Shown here: piece by piece, positions 11,393 to 22,625 of the stretch
Layout: the number at the start of each line of letters is the position of its first letter
Numbering within the stretch: position 1 is the first letter of the stretch
Source of the DNA: Chiloscyllium plagiosum
Lineage: Eukaryota
Reading direction: 5' to 3'
DNA: 33,587 bases
NCBI RefSeq assembly: GCF_004010195.1
Contig: NW_025214660.1
Location: forward strand, 1 to 33,587
Made by a program: the position numbers and the translations under genes
Notes under the pieces: generated by a model
The model's input: the letters and a program-made list of their open reading frames with translations, nothing else
What the model was told of the DNA's origin: nothing
The model's database searches: none

Positions 11393-11954
11393 GAAACTTT
11401 TCATAATATTGCTTAATGTTAAGGTATGCATGTTCATTCATGTAGTATTCAATAATGTTTGTAGTTTGTACATTATCTGATATTGATTAGGACTTTTGAA
11501 TGCCATTATTGTATATTGCAGCAGAGGGTGAAGTGATCCATTTTAAAAAGGACAACAAAAAACCACGTTAGAGTTGAACAATAAACTTTGTAATTGTTTG
11601 CAATTAAAAGCTGGACTAAATCATAAAAAGCTTAAGGCTTTTAATGCTTTGGTTAAATTGTTTTGTAACATGTGCATCTCTTAAAATACACCATGAAAAG
11701 TAAATTCTACTGTTGCAGCCTTTTCTTAGTTTTAGGCTGCAGTTTTCATGGCATTTTCAAAGCTTTTGCTAGCAAACATTAATGTATTGTGAGCAAATCA
11801 TAAGTACAGTGTTTGTAACCACATTGATATGTTTAAAGTAGATCAGAATGTTATGTTTTCTTGTAAAATCCAAGCATTCATACAACAGTCATTAACACAA
11901 AGTAAACATTTGTTGAGGTTTTGATGGAAAATTTATTAAGTGAGCAGCGTTTAC

Positions 11955-12190
11955 TAAAATAAAAGACTGCTGGAAAGCACTCAGCAAGGTAGGCAGCATC
12001 TGTGTAGGAATTACCATTTCTGGTATGTTCCGTCAGACCTGGGGAAAGTTGGAATAGGTTTTGAACAAAGGAAAGGCAAGAACAAAGGAAGGGCTCCGAT
12101 AAGAGCAATAGAATGACAGGTTAGAGCAGGCCTACTGTTTAAAGAAAATTAATTGAAAAAGAAATGGACAGAAAAAAAATGATGTGGGCA
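11955..12190 (-). mobile_element. PLE pLTR remnant
   Basis: TGCTGGAAAGCACTCAGCAAGGTAGGCAGCATCTGTG resembles the left arms at 960-995 and 30614-30646; followed by purine-rich tract. Confidence 0.55.
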
Positions 12191-12227
12191 TCTGTCAAGG
12201 GTGTGCAGTTGGGTTTACTGTTGGACC

Positions 12228-12700
12228 CAAGAGCAGGAGTAGGCTTTTTGGCTCTTTGAAGCACTTCCACTTTCATAGTCATGGTTTTAGGAGCCATCAA
12301 AAATCTATCTTACTCTGAATAAATTCAATGACTTCTACTTTCCACAGAGAATGCCACAGATTGATGTCAGACAAAAAAAAAATCCCATCTCTATCTTAAA
12401 AGCAAAACTTCTTTTTATTAAACAGGTGTGTCTCTAGTTCTAGGTAAGTGAAGCATTCTCTCAAAATCTGTTTTTTCAGATCCCTTCAGTACCTTGCACG
12501 TTTCCATGAGGTTGCTCTTCATTTGTAACTTCAGATTACTCCAGATGTAGTCTCGTCAAGGCCCTGTAACACACCAGTAAGACTTCCTTGAAATGAGTTC
12601 CATTGCACTAAATGATGACATTCTACTCGCCTTCCTAATCTCTTGCTGTACATGTAAACTAAAGTTTTGTGATTTATGTACCAGGACATTCCTTGTACCT
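12228..12700 (-). mobile_element. Degenerate CR1 3' fragment
   Basis: GAGCAGGAGTAGGC tail start and similarity to 32550-33090. Confidence 0.6.
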
Positions 12701-12719
12701 AGATGTTTCCGACTCTCAG

Positions 12720-12937
12720 AGAGGTGATAGCTGAGTGGTATTATTGCGTGACTGTTAATCCACAAATCTGGGTCATGTTCTGGGGAACTGGGTTTGAATC
12801 AGGCCAAGGTAGATGGTGGATGATGTTCTTTAGAGAAGGAAATTTACCTGATCTGATCTACGTTCCCTTTGGACAATTAGGGATGGGCAATACATGCTGT
12901 CCTAGCCAGTGAGCTGCAACCTGTATATGAATAAAAC
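12720..12937 (+). mobile_element. Internally deleted copy of second tRNA-SINE family
   Basis: Homologous to 10380-10727 (GTGGTATTATTGC, GGGTTTGAATC, GGGATGGGCAATA). Confidence 0.75.
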
Positions 12938-12958
12938 AAAATTAATAGTATATTAATG

Positions 12959-13322
12959 TGAAGATGAAGAAGGCGACTTAATAGAGGTATACAAGATGAT
13001 CAGATGATTAGACAGGGTGTACAGTTAAAGCCGTTTTGCTCGGATGGTGATGGCTAGCACGAGGGGATATAGCCTTGAATTGAGGGTTGATATGTAGGGC
13101 AGATGTCAGAGGTAGTCTCTTTACTCAGAGTAGTAAGGGCGTAGAATGCCCTGCCTTCAACAGTAGTGGACTCACCAATATTAAGGGCATTTAACTGGTC
13201 ATTGGATAAACATATGGATGATAATGGAATAGTGTAGGTTAGATGGGCTTTAGATTGATTTCACAGGTCAGCGCAACATTGAGGGCTGAAGGGCCTGTAC
13301 TGTGCTGCTATGTTCTGTTCTA
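12959..13322 (+). mobile_element. CR1 3' end
   Basis: GDLIEVYKMIR peptide and GAAGGGCCTGTACTGTGCTG..TATGTTCT tail. Confidence 0.8.
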
Positions 13323-14215
13323 ATTCTTCCTACCAAAAGTACATAAGTTTTTATTTCCTAACTTTATACACCATCTGCCCACTCAACCTATTCCTATCAT
13401 TTTGCAGATTCTTTAACTCCTCTTGACAACTTGTTTCATACCTATGTGACTGATACTGGCAAACTTAGCATGTATGTGGTTTCCATTTCCAAGTCGTGGG
13501 CATAGTTTGTGAAGACTTGATGCTGCAGCCCTGACTTCAATGGCACTCCACTGATTACAGCTTGCCAACCCCCAAAAAAGGACACTTTATTCCTACTCTG
13601 CTTCCTGTAGTTCACTAATCTTTTATCCATGCAATTATTACCCCTTACACCATTAACTCTTATTTGAGTAGTGACCTTTTTGATGTACTTTATCAAATGC
13701 ATTTTGGAAATTCGATCACCCCACGTTCACAGGATCCCTTTGATCCACTTCTTTCTTTCTCAAAACAACTAAAATTAGTGAGAGAATTTTTTTCCTTTAA
13801 TGGAATCATGTTGAATCTGTCTGATCATGAGGGCAGCATAGTGGCTTAGTGGTCGCGCTGGTGTATCACAGCACCAGGGACCTTGGTGTACGTGTGTGTA
13901 TGTCTGTGACCTCTTGGTGCTCCGGAGTTCTCCAAAGATGTGCTGGTCAGGTAGATCCGCTATGCTAAATCGCCCAATGTGACCAGGGATGGCCATGGGA
14001 AATGGGTTACATGGTTAGGTTAGAGGGTCTGGGCAGGATGCTCTTCAGAGGGCCAATGTGGACTCAGTGGGATGAATGATCTGCATCTACATGGTAGGGA
14101 TTCTATGGTTCTATGACCACATTATGATTTTTTTTAAAGTTAAATTATTGTTACTAGCAATTTGTCTATGATAGCTGTTAAGTTAGCTGATTTTAACTTC
14201 CCATTTTTATGTCTC
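13323..14215 (-). mobile_element. Degenerate CR1 RT fragment interrupted by a SINE
   Basis: ORF 13442..13702 has WQAVISGVPLKSGL (GVPQGSVL-like). Confidence 0.7.
13831..14116 (+). mobile_element. HE1-like V-SINE
   Basis: TGGCTTAGTGG A box, V-domain-like body, GGGATTCTATGGTTCTATG tail. Confidence 0.8.
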
Positions 14216-14249
14216 TCTCCTTTTATCAGTTTTCATTCACTACCCTCTC

Positions 14250-15215
14250 CTGACCTGAACTCATTCTTTGGATCAGTGTGAGGGTGTCACATAGTGGAGG
14301 AGAAGCAGACAGATTCCCTCAACTCCTTTTTCCTGTCCATTGACATCTCATTCGGTATAATATTCTGATCTCTCTTTGAATTGGAAAGACTCTTTGCTTC
14401 CCCAACTCTATCTCCATTTCTGCTGCTCAACTAGCAACTAATATTCACTATAGGTTCAATCATTTCCACAGCTCACTCAACTACAATGTCTCGCACCTGA
14501 TAATATGTAAGAGCTCCATTCCATTCTACTGCATCGCATCCTATTCTGATGATAAAACATTGCTTAATAGGGCAATTGAGAATTATCCACCATAATGGTT
14601 AACAGGACTTTTGACTGAATCCACTACATTTTCTATTCTTCTGCTCTCAAGCCTCCACCCGAAACCCTATCTCAGAACCACGATAGGATTCCTTTTATCC
14701 TCACCTGGGTCTGGGTGGGCTATTCTTCAGAGGGTCGGTGTTGGGCCGAAGGGCCTGCTTCCATACTGTAGGGAATCTATCAATGATATTCCTCCATATT
14801 CAAAGGATCATTTTCCACCATTTTCACCACTTTGAACGTGAGGCCACAATCAACCATATCTTCCTTTCATTATTCTTAAGGGGCCATTTCTTTTGTCTAC
14901 CCAACACATTCACCCCAATTTCCCTAGCCCCTTTCCACAAAGCCTTTCTGTGCAAACACGGGAAATTTAACACCTCTTTTATCTTCCTGCTTCGCGCACA
15001 CACTTTTCAAATGAAGCAGAGATTTCTGTGTGCTTCTATGCTTTACTATTCCTGCTCATAATGTAGTTTCATTTACACTGAGGACACCAAACTTTGGGTG
15101 ACTGGCATTGATCCACAAAACATTCTGTTGGCAGGGGTAATCCCCAGCTTCTGGTGGCCTGTTGTTTTAGTTCTTTGCCTTGCATTCAACTTGCTTACAT
15201 CTCTGTCCTCTGCCT
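14250..15215 (+). mobile_element. Degenerate Penelope-like element (RT thumb, linker, GIY-YIG)
   Basis: 14431-14526 LATNIHYRFNHFHSSLNYNVSHLIICKSSIPF (TDIYYKPTDSHSYLDYTSSHP..CK.AIPF-like); from about 15005 FQMKQRFLCAS..YSCS*CSFIYTEDTK (VYCI.C..C.LLYIGETK-like). Confidence 0.75.
14706..14779 (+). mobile_element. HE1 SINE 3' fragment nested in the PLE
   Basis: GGGTCTGGGTGGG..TTCAGAGGGTCGGTG..GGGCCGAAGGGCCTG..TGTAGGGAATCT matches the 3' end of 13831-14116. Confidence 0.7.
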
Positions 15216-15260
15216 GACTATCCTGTGCGATGAGGGACCTGCTCTACGTTTCTGAATCAG

Positions 15261-15318
15261 ATCGGAATTTCCTGTCCGAAAGGCAGAGCTCAGCTGAAAG
15301 TAAAAGAACAGAATGACA
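15261..15318 (+). other. Candidate 58-nt cassette exon with stop, (x)RNFLSERQSSAESKRTE*
   Basis: Acceptor CTGCTCTACGTTTCTGAATCAG, donor GTAAGT at 15319, unique CpG-retaining sequence; host gene unknown. Confidence 0.3.
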
Positions 15319-15485
15319 GTAAGTGTGATTGTCAATCCTTGGAAAGTTTAGCCTAGATGTTCAAAATGAACCATAAAATTTTAATCTGGTAAATTTATTT
15401 CCCAAATGTAAAATTTATTTTGAATTTGAAGTTGAGTTTTTTTTTTTGCTTTTCTTCCTAATGCTAGTAAAGGCGCAAAAGCTTG

Positions 15486-16615
15486 GGGTGGCACTTGAGC
15501 TCAGTGGTCAGCACCGCTGCCTCACAGCGCCAGGGACCCGGGTTCGATTCCAGCCTTGGGTGACTGTCTGTCTGTGTAGAGTTTGTATGTTCTTGTGTCT
15601 GCTGTGGGTGCTCAAGTTTCCTCCCACAGTCCAAAAATGTTTTGGTGAATTGGCCATGCTATATTGCCTATAGTGTTCAGGGATGTGTAGGTTAGGTACA
15701 TTATTTTGGAGTAAATGTAGGGTAGGGGGAATGGGTGGGTTACTCTTTGGAGGGTAGGTGTGGATTTAGTCATAGAGATGTTCAGAATGGAAACAGATCC
15801 TTCAGTCCAACTCGTCCATGCTGACCAGACATCCCAACATAACCTAGTCCCATTTGCCAGCACTTGGCCCATATCTCTCTAAACCCTTCCTATTCATATA
15901 TCCTTCCAGATGCCTTTTAAGTATTGCAATTGTACCAGGCTCCACCACTTCCTCTGGCAGCTCATTCCATACAGGCACCACTTTCTGTGTGAAAACGTTG
16001 CCCCTTAGGTCTCTTTTATATCTTTCCCTTCTCACCCTAAACCTATGCCCTCTAGTTTTGGACACACCAACCCCAGGAAAAAGACTTTGTCTATTTACCC
16101 TATCCATGCCCCTCATAATTATGTAAAGGTCTCCGATACTCCAGGGAAAACAGCTCCAGTTTATTCAACCTCTCCCTAGAGCTCAAATCCTCCAACTCTG
16201 GCAAGATCCTTGTAAATCTGAAACTTGAAGGTTCAGAACATAACATCCTTCCAATAGGAAGGAAACCAGAATTGCACGCAATATTCCAAAAGTAGCCAAG
16301 CCAATGTCCTCTACAGCCTCAACATGACCTCCCAACTCCTGTACTCAATACTCTGACCAATAATGGAAAGCATACCAAACGCCGCCTTCACTATCCTACC
16401 TGCGACTCCACTTTCAAGGAGCTATGAACCTGCACTCTAAGGTCTCTTTGGTCAGCAACACTCCCTTACCATTTTGGGAAAGCAAATCTTAGCAAATTCT
16501 GCTAAGTTTTGCTTTCCCAAAATGCAACCTCGCATCTACCTAAATTAAACTCTATCTGCCGCTTCACTTGTTGGGCAGAAGGGCCTGTTTCCACACGGTA
16601 GGGATTCTATGATTC
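15486..16615 (+). mobile_element. HE1-like V-SINE split by a CR1 insertion (15486-15765 and 16566-16615)
   Basis: B box GGTTCGATTCC at 15541; ..GGTGTGGA | CTTGTTGGGCAGAAGGGCC rejoins into a continuous SINE 3' end. Confidence 0.85.
15767..16565 (-). mobile_element. Relatively young 5'-truncated CR1
   Basis: ORF 15844..16116 is a CR1 ORF2 C-terminus (TRGHRFRV..FTQKVV.VWNELPEEVV..KRHL). Confidence 0.9.
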
Positions 16616-17227
16616 ATACTTGGAGGCTTCATGTAACTTTAGATGCCAGTACAAGAATATATTAACCAAGAGCCTTGAGCATGTTAGCCAATTACTGACG
16701 CAACCAGCAGGGCACATAAGGCCAAACTTGCATCTGGCCAAATCCTCGAAATTAAACATGCTATATTTATAAACACTTTGCCAGTGAGTCCAAGCCAACA
16801 GGGATTTATGAAAATGTGTTAAGTTTGCTTTGAGTTGGTCAAGTTTGGTCAAAGAATTTTGTGTATAGTTTTGTTTTTGAAGAATATTTTACACGTGGCT
16901 AAAGTGAAAACAACTTGAATTTAAGTTCACAATATAAACTGGATGATTAATTCTCCAGTTCATGGCTGTCAAGTTTTTGATAAGTATTTGTGGCTGGAGG
17001 GTTTGGTGAACTGTAGATTTGTTGATTGCTGAGATGGGATGTAATTTTTTTTAAATTTCACCTATTTTCCTAATCAACCTATTCATTGTTATTACACTCC
17101 TCTGGAAGAGGTGGGACTTGAACCCAGGCCTTGGATAGGATATGCACAGTTCCTTATCTCTATATTGCATACATATGCAATTAATTTTTAAATATTAATT
17201 CCATCGAGAACTGGATATTCATAATCC

Positions 17228-17930
17228 GAGTCACAGAAATGTACAGCATGGAAACCGAGCCATTGATCCAACGTATCCATGCTGACCAGGTATCCTAAAT
17301 AAATCTAGTCCCATTTGCCGGCACTTGGCCCATATATCCCTCTTAACCCTCCCTATTCATATACCGATCTATATGCCTTTTTAAATGTTGTAATTGTATC
17401 AGCCTCCATCACTTCCTTGCCCATGCCTGCTCTCAAATCTCCTTCCATATACTATAATCCCTTTAGCCACAAATACGATATCCAACTACTTCTTGTTTTG
17501 GTCTCGACTGCTTTCTGTGGCAGCAAATTCCACAAGCTCACCACTCAGGGTGAAGAACTTTCTCCTCAGCTCAGTTCTAAACTGTTTTACCCCATATCCT
17601 AAGGCTATGACGCCCATTCTGGGCGCCCACAATCATTGGGAACATATACTATTGTTGCAGCAAAGCCTTACCCTATCAATGCACTTCATGATTTTATAAA
17701 TTTCTATAAGGTCACCCCCCCCAGCCTCCGATGCTCCAGGGAAAACAGCCATAGCTTATTCAGCCTCTTCCTAAAGCTGAAACCCTGTAACCCTGGCAAC
17801 ATTCTTGTTTATCTTTTTCAATCCCTTTCAAGTTTCATAACATTCTTCCCATAGGTGGGAGGCAGAATTGCACACAATATTCCAAAAGTGGCCTAACCAA
17901 TTTCCAGTACAGCTGCAACATGACCTCCCA
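17228..17930 (-). mobile_element. CR1 3' fragment (same subfamily as 15767) with replaced internal segment 17418-17667
   Basis: 17228-17417 and 17668-17930 align with 15767-15953 and 16095-16333. Confidence 0.85.
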
Positions 17931-17934
17931 AATA

Positions 17935-18918
17935 GTGGCTGGAATGGCATGAATTTATGAAGCCAAAATAATGCTTGATTACTGGAATTCTTCAAGGATG
18001 TAGAGTTTGAGGGGGAGCCAATGGATGTAGTTTATTTGGACTTTCCAAAGGCTTTCGACGAAGTCATACAAAAGGAATCAACATGTAAAATTAATGTGCA
18101 TGGGCTTGGGGGTAGAGTATTGAGATGAATAGAAAACTGGGTGGCACAGAGGAAACAAAGTAGTAATAAATAGGTCTTTTTCCGAAATCCTAATAGGGTA
18201 ACACCGGGATTAGTGCTAGGATCCCAGCTATTCACCAGATATATAAATGATTTAAGTGAGGGAATTAAATGTAGCAGAGCCAAATTTGTAAATGATACAA
18301 CTGAGGGTGAGCTGTGAGAGGATGCAGAGATGCTTTACTGTGGCTTGGACAAACTGAGTGGGTGAGCAAATGAATAGCAGATGCAATATAATGTGGATAA
18401 TTATGCGGTTATCCACTTTGCTACCAAAGTTGGGAAGGTGGATTATCATCTGAGTGCTATAAATTGAAAGTGATCAAATGTACAAATAGAATAAGGTGTA
18501 CACTATTCATTAAAGGTAAGTGTGCAGGTGCAGTAGGCAGTAAAGTAAGTATTTTGGATTTCAGAATGAGAAGATTCGGTTACAAGAGCAGAGATGCCTT
18601 GCTGCAACGATGGTATATGTTCCTGATGATTGTGCCGCCCAGAATGGGTGATCATAGCCTTAGGATATGGGGTAAAACAATTTAGAACTGAGCTGAGTAG
18701 AAACTTCTTCACCCTGAGTGGTGAGCTTATGGATTTGCTGCCACAGAAAGCAGTCGAGACTAAAACGAGTAGTAGTTGGATATCGTATTTGTGGCTAAAG
18801 GGATCATAGCATATGAAAGGAAATGTGAGCGCAAGCTGTTGAGTTGGATAATCAGCCTTGAACATAATAAATGGTGGAGCAGTCTACCACTACTCCTATT
18901 TTCTTTGTTTCTATGATT
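17935..18918 (+). mobile_element. CR1 RT-to-3' end fragment with internal deletions
   Basis: 18021 MDVVYLDFPKAFDEV; later LVLGSQLFTRYINDL..AKFVNDT; tail TTTCTATGATT. Confidence 0.85.
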
Positions 18919-19081
18919 CCAGTTATTATACACCTGGAGATCAGTATGATGACAGACTGCAAAGTAACACCAAAACATTTAATTTCTGTTGCTGTTCAAT
19001 CTGATATCAAGTTATGTGAATGTAGCTAATGAAAAGCTGACTTGAAATTTGTACATTGGTAATGGAGAAATCCAACTGTGG

Positions 19082-19385
19082 ATCATAGAATCCCTATAGT
19101 GTAGAAGCAGGCCATTTGGCCCATTGAGTCTGCATCAACCCTCCTAGGAACATCCCGCCCAGACCAATCCCACTACCTTATTCCCTGTAACCCAGCATTT
19201 GCTGTGGCTAATTCACCTAGCCTGCACATTCCAGGACTGGGGGAGGAAACAGAGTACCCGGATGCAACCCACACAGACAGGGGAAGAATGTGCAAACTCC
19301 AGACAGTCACCCAAGGTTAGAATCAAAATCTGGTCCCTGGCGTTGTTAAGTAACTGTGCTGATCACTGAGCCATCATGCTGTCCC
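19082..19385 (-). mobile_element. HE1-like V-SINE
   Basis: On -: GGGACAGCATGATGGCTCAGTG head and GGGATTCTATGAT tail; homologous to 4081-4440. Confidence 0.85.
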
Positions 19386-19716
19386 ACGGATGGTCTTGAA
19401 ATTGCTGCATTCACAATGTTAGCAACCCTATAGGGTTCTAATGTTCCCCACTATGTGTCCCTGAACAAGATGGGTCCTGTGTTCGCAATCCCTTGTCCTA
19501 CACTGGAACTTGTGGAGCTGAACCTCTGGCCCCTAGGTTACTGTCCTTCCACAGCTATGCATGGCAGACTGGAATGGCAAAATAAATCAAATAAACAGAT
19601 TTCATTATAGCCAAAAGTGTGTTCAGTGCTGTGCAGCTGCTCTCAGTTCCCATCAGCAGTAGTCTGGCTCTCACATTTCACATGCCACACATACTGTGTT
19701 TGCACATTTCTTGCAG

Positions 19717-19773
19717 CTAATTATCTCGAGTTTCGTATTCGTGTACGGAACAGCAGGAAATCACACTGAACAG
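19717..19773 (+). CDS. Candidate 57-nt alternative exon, (x)NYLEFRIRVRNSRKSH*
   Basis: Acceptor GTTTGCACATTTCTTGCAG, donor CAG|GTAGAG; 4 CpGs within about 20 nt, three in Arg codons of this frame; phase 0 is also open (LIISSFVFVYGTAGNHTEQ); protein not recognised. Confidence 0.45.
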
Positions 19774-20549
19774 GTAGAGAATGTGCTGAACATAAAACAT
19801 GTATAGTAATTCTGAGTTTTAACAAACTTTCTGTACGAAAGAGCAGTTCCTTTTGAGATCTGGGTCTTAAATTTATGGTGTGTCAAAATTAATCATTAGA
19901 AGAGTTCGCAACCATAGTTTCCAGCAAACCTCATTTCCTACAATTCTCGGGAAAAGTCTTGAATCTGTGAAAACATGGTCAAGAAGCTCCCAGCTTGCAT
20001 CAGTAGGTTTAATGTAGAGTAGTCTAAAACTTGTGGATCTTGCATTTCAAGATGTAAGGTGATTATTGTAATGGTGGACATAGTTTTGGTGAAGTATTCA
20101 ACGTGACTTTGGAACTTGATTTTTCAGAGCTTTCCAATGTAGGAAGCAAAAGGATGCATGCACAGTTGTAAAACTGGGTTGAAGCTAAAAAACAGAAAAT
20201 ATGATTGAATATGAGTTTAAGAGCGAGGGAGAGCAAGAGAGAAACAAGAAATACGGAGGAAAAGAGAACCCCACATGCAAGAGTGAGTGGGGAACAGACT
20301 GGAGTGAATAGGTGAAATTTTAAATTCATAAATTTTAAATACTAATTACACCACAGTTTAACTTATTTACATTATGAAACAGAAGTAGAGTAGTTTTAAG
20401 TTGGGGATAACGCTTGCAGCAAAACATTTATTCTCCTTTTTTTAAGGCACCAAGGCAGCACATTATTAAAGATCAGTCTAGGCCATTTTAGAGGCTCAGA
20501 GGACATAATGACATCTTTCCAAATGGTCTGACCAATTTAATTGTTCTGT

Positions 20550-20642
20550 TGAGTTCATTCCTTGAATTGTTGCAGACCATTTGGTGTAGGTATACTCACA
20601 ATGCTATTTGGAAGGGAGTTCCAGGACTTTGATCCAGCGATC
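20550..20642 (-). mobile_element. CR1/L2-type LINE 3' fragment
   Basis: Homologous to 22520-22615 (GTGTAGGTA..GGGAG..TTGA.CCAG). Confidence 0.55.
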
Positions 20643-21457
20643 TTTGTTCAGTTCTGAATATGTACCAACATTTCCTCCAAGGTAGTAGGAGGGCTGCCTA
20701 AAATTAGTTTCAATGAAATAAATCTCCCATTTCTTGTAAAACTAGCTGCAAGTTGCTGGATTCACAACTAGTGTTTTTTTTTTGTTTCTTTTGTGGACTC
20801 CTTTGGAGATTTGAGGATTGCTTTTTTTTATTCTCACGAACTCTCATATTAGGACAAACAATGACAATGCTTACTGAATTTGTGTAGATACAAGTGTATT
20901 TGGACTGTAACACAAGTAAAATTAGAATAATTCATTAGCCTCAGTTATGATTAAACCTTCATTAAACCTAAAGCCAAAACATGTAAGGAAATAATTAATT
21001 TCCAAGACGCTTCTATATTTAAATTGGTACAAAGTAAAACAGCCAGAGTTATCGGAGTTATTTTTTTCCCAAAATAACTGACACACAAAAAGTCAGAATC
21101 CCAAAATTCATCTTGTGTTTCCATCACGTATGCTCCGAGCTGGGAAAGAATAAGCAGGACTTACAACCCAATTTAGTGCATCTCAGATTACAATCCTAGA
21201 TTTAAATTAAAAAATTTGATGGTGTTCAATACAGTAGGATCCACGGCACTATTCTTCAAATGTATAGGAGGTCCTGAATTCGACATTCACATTCGTTTAC
21301 AAATAAATTATTTCTTCAGTGATTTGAAGCTTTCTTTGATTCCAGTTAGCAGAGTATTGCTTTGCTGACAGGTTTTAAAACTGTTCTTGCTGCATTGTAG
21401 GCTCCTATTTCCAATGTCTTCTGCCCAACTGCAACTCTCATGCTGCCTCTTGCAGCT

Positions 21458-22045
21458 TCCCAATCTTCTCTCACATTAAACATATGCTCCCTATTCTTCA
21501 AATCCCCAATCCTAGGAAAAGGACACCTGCCATTCATGTTATCTCTGCCCCTCAACCTCCTACCTTCCAGTGAAAAACGTCCCAGCCTATCCAGTCTCCT
21601 ATAACTCAAACCTTTCATTCCCAGCAACATCCTGGTACATCTTTTCTGAACCCTCTCCAATAATCTCCTTCCTATAACAGGGCGATGAGAACTGGACTCA
21701 GTACTCCAGAAGAGGCCTCACCAACATCCTGTACAACCTCAACCTAGCGTTCCCAACTCTTATACGAAAAGGTCTGAGCAATAAAGCCAAGTGTGCTGAA
21801 CATTTCAACCACCCTATCTACATGTGACTCAAGCTTCAAAAGAATTAGGTGCCTGAACCCCTAGGTCTCTCTTCTACAACACTACCTATGGCTCTACTTT
21901 TAATTGTATAAGCCCTAACCTTGTTTGTTGTACCAAAATGTAATATCTTGCATTTGTCCAAATTCAACTCCATCTTCCACTCCTCAGCCCATTGATCCAA
22001 TTGATCATGATTCCTTTGTAATCTGCGAGAACCTTCTTCACTGTT
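21458..22045 (-). mobile_element. CR1 ORF2 C-terminal fragment
   Basis: ORFs 21845..22054 (LDQWAEEWKMELNLDKCKILHFG) and 21346..21660 (ERVQKRCTRMLLGMKGLSY..RLGRFSLEGRRLRG). Confidence 0.9.
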
Positions 22046-22239
22046 GTTTGGCAATTCCTCTTACCTCTGTCATTTAAGCTTTTGTATATGTGTCTGAATT
22101 GAGATTATGGTGAGGTTCACAAACAAGCAACATTGGGAGAATTTGAACTGAGTTTTTGTAAACAAGTTACAATTTAGTAAATGAAAATCAATTGAATTAT
22201 TGACTCCTTCACTCACTTGATTAATGCTAGTTGAATGAA

Positions 22240-22625
22240 TTGCATTGTGTTTTATGGATCTAACCAACTGGGGACATTTTCCATACTGTATTGTAGATCC
22301 CAGTGCCATAAGTGCAAAACAGTTTGGGTAGAAGAGCAGTTAACCCTGATCTTTCTGGTTTGTTGTCAGAGCTCATAACTTTCACTCTTTTCATTACCCT
22401 CAATGTGGATTATATTTCAAAGTTCTAAGCGTATTACTGAAGTTCTTTACTTTCATTAATGGGATGTGCATGATGCTGGGAGCATTTATTGCCCATTCCT
22501 AGATGCCCTTGAGAAGGTGGTGATGAGCTGTTTTGTGGAGCTACTGGAGTCCATTTTGTGTAGGTAGACCTACAGTGCTGTTAGGGAGGGGCTTCTAGGT
22601 TATTGACCCAGTGACATAAATGAAA
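22240..22625 (-). mobile_element. CR1/L2-type LINE fragments including the 3' tail shared with the second SINE family
   Basis: GCATTTATTGCCCATTCCT is the reverse complement of the SINE tail at 10660-10680. Confidence 0.6.

Noticed and set aside
15227..15298. Box C/D snoRNA on + (GCGATGA ... CTGA ... CTGA)
   Set aside because: Non-canonical C box, no terminal stem, and no guide I can match; a spliced exon explains the segment better.
19424..19437. Perfect 14-bp palindrome AACCCTATAGGGTT
   Set aside because: About two such palindromes are expected by chance in 33.6 kb.
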